Below, one piece after another: positions 37,904-44,539 of a DNA stretch of 44,539 bases (positions are counted from its first letter, which is position 1; every line of letters starts with the position of its first letter). Both the position numbers and the translations under genes were made by a program. Below the pieces are notes generated by a model. That model was not told the DNA's origin, searched no databases, and saw only the letters and a program-made list of their open reading frames with translations. Source of the DNA: Deltaproteobacteria bacterium (GTDB lineage Bacteria > Myxococcota_A > Polyangia > Fen-1088); NCBI GenBank assembly GCA_033763315.1, contig JANRKS010000012.1, positions 1-44,539 on the forward strand, given 5' to 3'.

Positions 37904-39130
37904 ATGAACGCGCCCGCGCTTCCAGAGCATTGGTTTCGCCGGGAGCTCGGGCGCCTGATTTCTATTTTGTCGCGGCGTTTCGGCGTGCATCGCATCGAGT
38001 TGTGCGAGGACGCCGCGCAAACGGCGCTGCTCGCCGCCACCCAAGCGTGGGCGGCGCAGCTGCCTGATAAACCTGAGGCGTGGCTATATCGTGTTGCACA
38101 CAACTACGTTCTTGACGAGCTTCGCCGGAACAAACGCGATGAACGCTACCTGGCCGAGGTGCAGGAGCAATACGCCGAACAGCAAGTGCAGGACGACGTT
38201 CTGCGCTTGCTGTTTGTGTGTGCTGACCCAGCCATTCCTTCTGAATCGCAGCTAGTGCTGGCGCTCAAGACTCTATGTGGCTTTAGCACGGAGGAAATTG
38301 CGCTGCGTTTGTTTCAGAACGTGGATGCCGTTCATAAACGGCTGCAGCGCGCCCGCGCACGCCTGCGCGAAGGCGTTGACGATCAGGGGATTGATCCAGA
38401 GCGCGTGCAAAGCGTTTTGCACATGCTGTATTTGCTGTTCAACGAGGGTTACAGCTCCGCGCAGCCGGATCGCCTCATTCGTGGTGAGCTGTGCGATGAA
38501 GCGCTTCGCTTGGCCATGATGCTGCGGGAGGATCCCGCCGGTGCCCTTCCCGAGACAGATGCGCTGATAGCGCTCATGTGTTTTCACGCCTCGCGGTTTG
38601 CGGCCCGCGTGGATCGATTGGGCGACCTTCTGCTGCTCGAAGAACAGAACCGCTCCCTGTGGGACCGTGACCTCATCCAGCGGGGGCTCCAACACCTCGT
38701 GCGCTCGGCCCGCGGTGACAAGGTGACCCGTTATCATGCCGAAGCAGGCGTGGCCGCAGAGCACTGCCTTGCACCGTCGTATGCGCAGACGAACTGGGAG
38801 GAGATTGTTCGGCTCTACGCCGTGCTGGAGCGTGTGGCTCCGTCTCCGCTGAACGTGTTGAACCGAGCGATCGCGTTGGCCGAATGGAAAGGGCCCGAGG
38901 TGGGCTTGGCAGAGCTGCAATCATTTGAGGCGCCAAGCTGGCTGCTTGACTACTACCTATGGGATGCAACGCTGGGCGAGCTGCAACGCAGAAGCGGACA
39001 TCTCGATCAGGCGCTGGCGTACACAACCCGCGCGGCTGCGTCCGCACCCACAAACCTTGAGAAGGCCTTGCTCGAACGGCGTTTGGCTCACATCGCGAGC
39101 CAGAGGTTGGGCGCCTCTCAAAAGCCTTGA
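37904..39130 (+). CDS. ECF42-type sigma factor with C-terminal TPR extension
   Basis: LRLLFVCADPAI, LKTLCGFSTEEIA, LYLLFNEGY, LLEEQNRSLWD, LNRAIA; preceded by YciI. Confidence 0.9.
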   Translation: MNAPALPEHWFRRELGRLISILSRRFGVHRIELCEDAAQTALLAATQAWAAQLPDKPEAWLYRVAHNYVLDELRRNKRDERYLAEVQEQYAEQQVQDDVLRLLFVCADPAIPSESQLVLALKTLCGFSTEEIALRLFQNVDAVHKRLQRARARLREGVDDQGIDPERVQSVLHMLYLLFNEGYSSAQPDRLIRGELCDEALRLAMMLREDPAGALPETDALIALMCFHASRFAARVDRLGDLLLLEEQNRSLWDRDLIQRGLQHLVRSARGDKVTRYHAEAGVAAEHCLAPSYAQTNWEEIVRLYAVLERVAPSPLNVLNRAIALAEWKGPEVGLAELQSFEAPSWLLDYYLWDATLGELQRRSGHLDQALAYTTRAAASAPTNLEKALLERRLAHIASQRLGASQKP

Positions 39131-39264
39131 TCGGCACAGCCGGGGGTTCAGAGTTTCAGCTTTTCGACGGGCCACCTTGAGCTCTTCGGGCCTGAGAAGG
39201 CTGGGGCAGATCTTTGCATTGACTCAGGCGGCGCGCGGTGAAAGTCTTCGACCAGGGAGGACAG

Positions 39265-39633
39265 ATGACAAACGCGGCGATTTGGTTCGAGATCTACGTT
39301 CAGGACATGGAACGCGCGAAGGGCTTTTATGAAGCTGTTTTGGCCAGGAAACTTGAACGGCTTGCAAACCCCGAGCTAGAGATGTGGGCCTTCCCCATGG
39401 ACTATAAGGCGCTGGGCGCGGGTGGTGCTCTTGTGAAGATGGCGGGAGTGCCCTCAGGTGGCAACAGTACCCTTGTGTACTTTCACAGCACCGACTGTGC
39501 CATTGAAGAGGCGCGTGTGGAGGCAGCTGGTGGCCGCGTGTTTCGTCCGAAAATGTCGATAGGGCAGTACGGCTCGATCACGTTGGCCATCGACACCGAG
39601 GGAAACATGTTCGGTATTCACTCGATGTCGTGA
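39265..39633 (+). CDS. VOC/glyoxalase family protein
   Basis: WFEIYVQDMERAKGFY...DTEGNMFGIHS; RBS GGAGG. Confidence 0.9.
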   Translation: MTNAAIWFEIYVQDMERAKGFYEAVLARKLERLANPELEMWAFPMDYKALGAGGALVKMAGVPSGGNSTLVYFHSTDCAIEEARVEAAGGRVFRPKMSIGQYGSITLAIDTEGNMFGIHSMS

Positions 39634-39639
39634 GGTGGG

Positions 39640-42204
39640 TTAGCGACCAATGCGGCGAGCGTTCTTTTCGATCGTCGCAAACGGGACGTCAATGAAAGTA
39701 CGCCCGCCGCCGATGTCGATGCCGATCGTGAGCGTTTCCGGGCGTGCGTTATAGCGGTCGGCGCTCGCCCACTCTCCGCGTTTAAGTTGATTGCCGATGT
39801 CCATGGCCCTTGCGGGACTGCCCGGCGATAGAAGCAGGATACGGTCGCCCCAGTGCAGCCAAAACGAACCGTCGGCGCGCTGGCCGAACCCATGCACACC
39901 GCCATCCGGGCCCGCGTCGATGTCCCTGCTTCGGTCCGCTGGCAAATCCCAAACCTGCGCTTCGCGGCCCTCGGGATGAATGTGCATCTGCAACACCATT
40001 TTTTCATCAAGGTCGATGAACTCGATGTAATCGCCCGAGGTGGTCAGGAAATTCCTTTTAACGGATTCTATCGTAAAAGCCGGCAACAGCACTTGCCTGA
40101 TTTCGTTGTTGCCGTACCCAAAACGCAGCAGCGCGCGCACTTTCACGGGATTTCGCGCATTGATAGGGTCGCTATAATTGACCATCACCGCCACGCGTTC
40201 GGAGTTGCTGCCGGACACGATGCTGGCATGATCGGTGTAGCTGGGTGAGCGGAAGATCTCCCGCGACGTGGCACGGCCGTTGATGAGCTCGACCACGAAG
40301 ATCCCGTCCAGCACGCAGTACCGCACATTGCAGTGCCCTTGGTTTTTGGTTGGCTTGATAAACGTCGCGCCGCGCTCGGAGACGTGCAAACGGTGGCCTT
40401 CGTGCCGGTATAGACGCGTGGCCGCGCCGCCATCAAAGGGCACTTGGTAGAACTCGTTGAGACTCTGGTTGCCATTGCCGGAAACAAGGCCATGCATAAA
40501 AACCAGGGCGGCTTGTCCGTTAGGATCGAAAAACAGGTGCTGCAGGCCCGCGCTGAAACCCGCCACATCACTTGATGGCCAAGGAAACGTTTTGTGCACA
40601 CTCGCCGCTGGCTCGAAAAGATGGATCTGCCGTTCAGAAGACCAGTGCGCCAAAATGCGGCCGCCAGCTTCATCAACTTGCATTCGGTAGATCGTTCGAT
40701 CAGGCAGCGCGTACAGCAGGCGCCACGGCTGCTTGGGGTCGTCGCGGTAATAGAGGTTGGTGTCGCCAATCGATAACACTCCACCACCAAGGTTGCGCTG
40801 GCTGCGTCTGCCTTCGAGGCGGTTTGTAACGGCGGGAGGCATCGGCCCAACCGTTTCGCGTGACACCGTGGCTGGCTGCCAGGGCCGCGCGCTGCGATCG
40901 AGGGCTGCGAAGTCCACCCGAATGTAATCGCGCCCGCCGCCCATCTCGAGGCCAAACCACACGGCCTCCGGATCTTCGACGTAAATGTATGAACCAGCCC
41001 ATTCGGCGCTGCGCCCTCCGAATCCGCCAACGTCAACCTTGCGCGCGCCACTGTTGTTTACGATCACCAGATTGTCACCCCAGTGCATCCAAAGATCACC
41101 GTTCTTGCGCTCTCGAATGCTGGTGAGCCAAGCCTTCGCGGGGCGGCCCTTCTCATCGCCCCATGCGGCGATGGTGTTGCGGACTTCCGTGCCGTCCAGC
41201 TTTACACGCGTGAGTGTCACTGCCTTGTCTTCGCCTTGGCGGCCTTCGATGTATTCGTTGTTTCGCGCCAATAGGGATAGGTCGAACGTCGCGCTGCTTG
41301 TCTCAGACAAAGCATGGTAAAGCGGCTCCTGTCCGTACGTGTAACGGAGCAATCCGCGCGTGCGCTTCTTCTCCTTTTCGTTCCAACCCGTAATTTGAGC
41401 GGCGATGCTGAACGCTCGGGTCGATGGCACGATCTGCGCAGAGTCGTAACGCACGCCTTTGCCTTGCGCATCGAACAAAAGACGTTGGCTGGTGCGTGCC
41501 CCCGCGAACTCGTATGCGACGATCTTGTCGACGGGGCAGCCCGAATGTGAACAGCCAAGCGCCCAACTTTTCGGCTTCAGCAAAACACTGCCGCGCTTCG
41601 ATTGATCCAACGTGAACCCCACGTCTTGGAACAGCTGTGTTGGCGGCGCATCGCCTGCAAGGGGTACGCGGTATGCCGCGTGGACTATGTAAGATCCTGT
41701 GCGCGCTGTATAAGCGGCGGCCCACATATACACCAGCGCGTCGAGGCCATCTTCCGCAAAAGCGAGCGAATCCAAGCGCCAGTCTTGAAAGCCTTCGATG
41801 CCCGTCGGCCGCGGCGGCTTTGCGATCGTCTTGTGTGCGCGGGATTGCAAATCGATAAGATGAAAGTGCGGCTCGTTTTCGTAAGACGCCAGCACAAGCC
41901 CGCGGTTTTCAGCCACGCGGTACAGGTTCTGGCCCTTCACATCCAACAGCACGTCCCAGCTCTTGGCGCCCGGGGCCAGATGGCGCAGCCGCGAGCCGCC
42001 CATCGCGAACATTCCGCTGGGCGTATTCACCAAGCCGGTGGCGCCGCGCAGGCGCATGGTGCTGCTTGGCAGCTTCGCACGTTTGCTCACATCCTCGGCG
42101 CGGGTGGTTGCGGCGAGAGTCATCGCGAGGCCAAGGGCCACAGCAAAGGTTTGGCGTCGCCTTCGTGCACAGCTTTTGTTTGCGAGGGGATGGCGCAGGT
42201 TCAT
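39640..42204 (-). CDS. Secreted hypothetical protein made of two tandem ~400-aa repeats
   Basis: Signal peptide; both halves share G..C....C, R.LLR..YG, YIE, W.HWGD, EWA and GGGR motifs. Confidence 0.75.
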   Translation of the reverse strand: MNLRHPLANKSCARRRRQTFAVALGLAMTLAATTRAEDVSKRAKLPSSTMRLRGATGLVNTPSGMFAMGGSRLRHLAPGAKSWDVLLDVKGQNLYRVAENRGLVLASYENEPHFHLIDLQSRAHKTIAKPPRPTGIEGFQDWRLDSLAFAEDGLDALVYMWAAAYTARTGSYIVHAAYRVPLAGDAPPTQLFQDVGFTLDQSKRGSVLLKPKSWALGCSHSGCPVDKIVAYEFAGARTSQRLLFDAQGKGVRYDSAQIVPSTRAFSIAAQITGWNEKEKKRTRGLLRYTYGQEPLYHALSETSSATFDLSLLARNNEYIEGRQGEDKAVTLTRVKLDGTEVRNTIAAWGDEKGRPAKAWLTSIRERKNGDLWMHWGDNLVIVNNSGARKVDVGGFGGRSAEWAGSYIYVEDPEAVWFGLEMGGGRDYIRVDFAALDRSARPWQPATVSRETVGPMPPAVTNRLEGRRSQRNLGGGVLSIGDTNLYYRDDPKQPWRLLYALPDRTIYRMQVDEAGGRILAHWSSERQIHLFEPAASVHKTFPWPSSDVAGFSAGLQHLFFDPNGQAALVFMHGLVSGNGNQSLNEFYQVPFDGGAATRLYRHEGHRLHVSERGATFIKPTKNQGHCNVRYCVLDGIFVVELINGRATSREIFRSPSYTDHASIVSGSNSERVAVMVNYSDPINARNPVKVRALLRFGYGNNEIRQVLLPAFTIESVKRNFLTTSGDYIEFIDLDEKMVLQMHIHPEGREAQVWDLPADRSRDIDAGPDGGVHGFGQRADGSFWLHWGDRILLLSPGSPARAMDIGNQLKRGEWASADRYNARPETLTIGIDIGGGRTFIDVPFATIEKNARRIGR

Positions 42205-42485
42205 TCTCCTTTGACGGCCTGCCCGATTGTCTCATGGGGACAACGGGAATTCCCGCAAAGCCCCGTTGTTTGTGAAAACGTGCGGGTGGCGCTGTGTTTC
42301 ACGTGAGCGCAAGCGCTTTCAGGCCGGTGGTGGCTGCTTCTGCAAATGCCAAGTAGAGGCGCGACGCGCGACTGGCGTAAAATGTGGGCTGACGACGTGC
42401 TCATGGGAAAGAGCGCCCATACTTTCGGGCCGTGATGTGTGCTTGGATAGACGCTCGCTCGGAAGTTCACGAAAGGTAGTTCCTC

Positions 42486-43697
42486 GTGTCGCAAATCCGC
42501 GTTCGTTTGATAATTGCTGTGTGCTGTTTGTCCGTTCCATTGGGTTGTCGTCCCGCCGATGTGGATGGCGCCGTTGAAGATGATGACGGTGGCGGCAGCG
42601 GTGGCTCGGAAGATTCTGGTGGTTCAAGCGGAACCACGATGACTGGTGGCTCTGGATCCCCCGCTCAAGGCGGTTCCGCGGGCGAGGGTGGGGGCGGGCA
42701 GGGAGGCACGGGGGGCGTTGGTGGAACCAGCGTCATGGGAACCGGCGGCGGAGCCGGTGGTGTTGGCGGCGACGGCGCGCCCGCGGGAAGTGTGCCGATG
42801 TTCGTCGCGGTGGGCCGCGGCGGGCGAAGAATCATGTCGTGCGATCGTGGACGCACGTGGGTTGCGAATCAGTTCGTTTCAACTCAAGACGGCGAGCATT
42901 CAACTTTCACGCCCAAGGGTTTGGCGTATGGCAATGGCACGTTCGTGTTCTTGTCAGGGTGGGGAAATCCAAGCACCACGTGGATCACAACCAATGGTGT
43001 TGATTGGGTGGAGCAAAAACATCAAACGGGCTTTGCCGGCCTGGGATACGACGACGGGCAGTTTGTTCTCGTGGGCACGAACTACCACGAGGGTTCAAAA
43101 GACAACGGAAAAACGTGGACGCGTTTGCCGCAAAGCAAAGCCAGCGGAGGCCGCGAGGGCGCTGCGTTTACCGGAATTTGGGCCGCAGGCACGGACGGGC
43201 AAGCACAGGTGCTGCGCAAGGGAATGAACTCGTGGGCAAACATCTCTGGCTGCACGGGGCCAAGGCATGGAGGCATCGGCGCCGATGGCGGTTTCGCTGC
43301 CAGTACCGACACCCTTATTTCCGTGGGCAGCAACGGCAACATCTGCGGTGTAAACATCGCGACGGGTGCCGCGATTGGCGCCACGCAGTTCAACGTGGAA
43401 GTGCGTGGCAAACCCAACTTTGCTGCCGGCTCGTTCATGGTGGCCACGGGCGATTCGATCCGGTTCAGCAAAGATGGATCGAACTGGACCACGCGAACTT
43501 TACCCAAAGACGTTCGCATCGACCTTGTTGACTGCGATGCCGATGGTCACTGTGTGGGCCTCAACCTTGATGGCAAGTCGTTCTACTATAGCGATGACGC
43601 TATGACTTGGTCGCGCGCAGCCGCACCGCAAGGCAACGGCATGGTCGCGGTAAAAGCAGGGGCAGGGCTTCCGTCAGACCTCTGCAAGCTTCCGTAG
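42486..43697 (+). CDS. Gly-rich-linker lipoprotein with a BNR/beta-propeller-like domain
   Basis: Lipobox PLG-C; Gly-rich tract; Asp-box-like SCDRGRTW, SKDNGKTW, SKDGSNW, SDDAMTW. Confidence 0.8.
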   Translation: MSQIRVRLIIAVCCLSVPLGCRPADVDGAVEDDDGGGSGGSEDSGGSSGTTMTGGSGSPAQGGSAGEGGGGQGGTGGVGGTSVMGTGGGAGGVGGDGAPAGSVPMFVAVGRGGRRIMSCDRGRTWVANQFVSTQDGEHSTFTPKGLAYGNGTFVFLSGWGNPSTTWITTNGVDWVEQKHQTGFAGLGYDDGQFVLVGTNYHEGSKDNGKTWTRLPQSKASGGREGAAFTGIWAAGTDGQAQVLRKGMNSWANISGCTGPRHGGIGADGGFAASTDTLISVGSNGNICGVNIATGAAIGATQFNVEVRGKPNFAAGSFMVATGDSIRFSKDGSNWTTRTLPKDVRIDLVDCDADGHCVGLNLDGKSFYYSDDAMTWSRAAAPQGNGMVAVKAGAGLPSDLCKLP

Positions 43698-43777
43698 CGT
43701 TGGATATCTATACGCAACGGCTGGGCAGCCTCATCACGGTGCACGGAGACGCTTCCTCGTAAAGATCGTGTGGCGGG

Positions 43778-44371
43778 CTAGAATCGGAACGAGGCGCTGT
43801 AGCAGGCGCCGCAGCCTTTTCCGTTTGGCTCGGATCGACGATAACGTTCAACTCGAACACTGCGGCTAAGAAGGCTGCGGCCCGCTATCCAAAACTCCAG
43901 GTGGTACTTGTCGCCGGGAGCCAATTGGCTGTCGTACCGTGTTGAGTAATGAATGGTGATCTGCGGATTCACGGACGTTTGAGCCACGTCAACCGAACAA
44001 TAAGCCGGATGTCGCGGATCAGGTTTGCCACCCAACGGCACAGGCACACCCTGTTGGGCCCAAGGGGTTGGGGCGAGACGCTTAAGCGATCCGTCTAGAC
44101 AGTGTTCATTGTGACAGAGACGAACGTGCGCCGTTCGCAGCTGTGCCCACGAGAGCGCGGGCTTAAAGGAAAAGTCGGCGCCCGTGGAGCAGGCGATGAG
44201 GGTACAGAGTGTGTTCTCCTCCTTGGGCCATGGCCGCCCGTCGGGTGCCAACGACGAACCTTTATTCGGTCTCTCGTACGAGGCCGTCACAGGGTTTCGG
44301 GACATGCGACCGTTTCCACATGCTGCCCAACAACAGAGGACAAGGCAGGTGACCCAATTCCAACGGTGCAT
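43778..44371 (-). CDS. Hypothetical lipoprotein
   Basis: Signal ending WAA-C; CTLIAC and C-terminal PNGKGCGAC motifs. Confidence 0.65.
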   Translation of the reverse strand: MHRWNWVTCLVLCCWAACGNGRMSRNPVTASYERPNKGSSLAPDGRPWPKEENTLCTLIACSTGADFSFKPALSWAQLRTAHVRLCHNEHCLDGSLKRLAPTPWAQQGVPVPLGGKPDPRHPAYCSVDVAQTSVNPQITIHYSTRYDSQLAPGDKYHLEFWIAGRSLLSRSVRVERYRRSEPNGKGCGACYSASFRF

Positions 44372-44539
44372 GTTGCGAACCTATGCCAGCCGATCCACGA
44401 GTTCAACCCTCAACGATCACCTACAGACCGGCCAAGAGGATGATTTCAAACACGGGCTTTCCCGAGACTTTGACAGCAAGGTGCCTCCTGACGCGCGCAC
44501 CTCGGTAGCCTGCGCCACAAATGAGTCCACTTGCAGGCT

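Noticed and set aside
1-44539. CRISPR array, tRNA, rRNA, and the many antisense ORFs in the track
   Set aside because: I saw no regularly spaced repeats or RNA-gene signatures, and long antisense ORFs are expected in GC-rich coding DNA.

Overview
About 60% GC bacterial DNA, most likely Myxococcota/Polyangia-like, judged from the DAG/Gly-rich and Cys-rich lipoproteins and the ECF sigma/anti-sigma/LamG cluster. It has three zones. (1) 0.15-10.5 kb is a defence island: IS3 remnants, then a class II DISARM-like locus. drmE-like, drmA and drmB are translationally coupled on the minus strand, a C5 DNA methyltransferase is transcribed divergently, no drmC is present in the window, and the DrmE-like protein has an unusual N-terminal DUF1232/YkvA-like extension. 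(2) 10.8-28.9 kb is a mosaic accessory zone. It holds two ankyrin genes, cupin and VOC genes, a RelE/ParE TA pair and an orphan HigA-like antitoxin. A ~100-nt structured-looking leader element occurs twice (~85% identical), upstream of unrelated genes. A two-anchor block is duplicated (16.9-17.85 kb vs 27.5-28.7 kb) with different cargo. There are several chimeric gene scars (rhaM'::lepB'; radical-SAM N-terminus fused to a PVYGAP-repeat peptide) and an ECF/anti-sigma/LamG operon. (3) 29-44.5 kb looks more ordinary: a 1556-aa polytopic membrane protein, NodB deacetylase, DUF3494 ice-binding-like lipoprotein, MpaB/Lcp oxygenase, a YciI-ECF42-VOC unit and secreted propeller-like proteins. I saw no rRNA, tRNA or CRISPR array. 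All family calls come from motifs recognised by eye, with no database search, and percent identities are hand counts.
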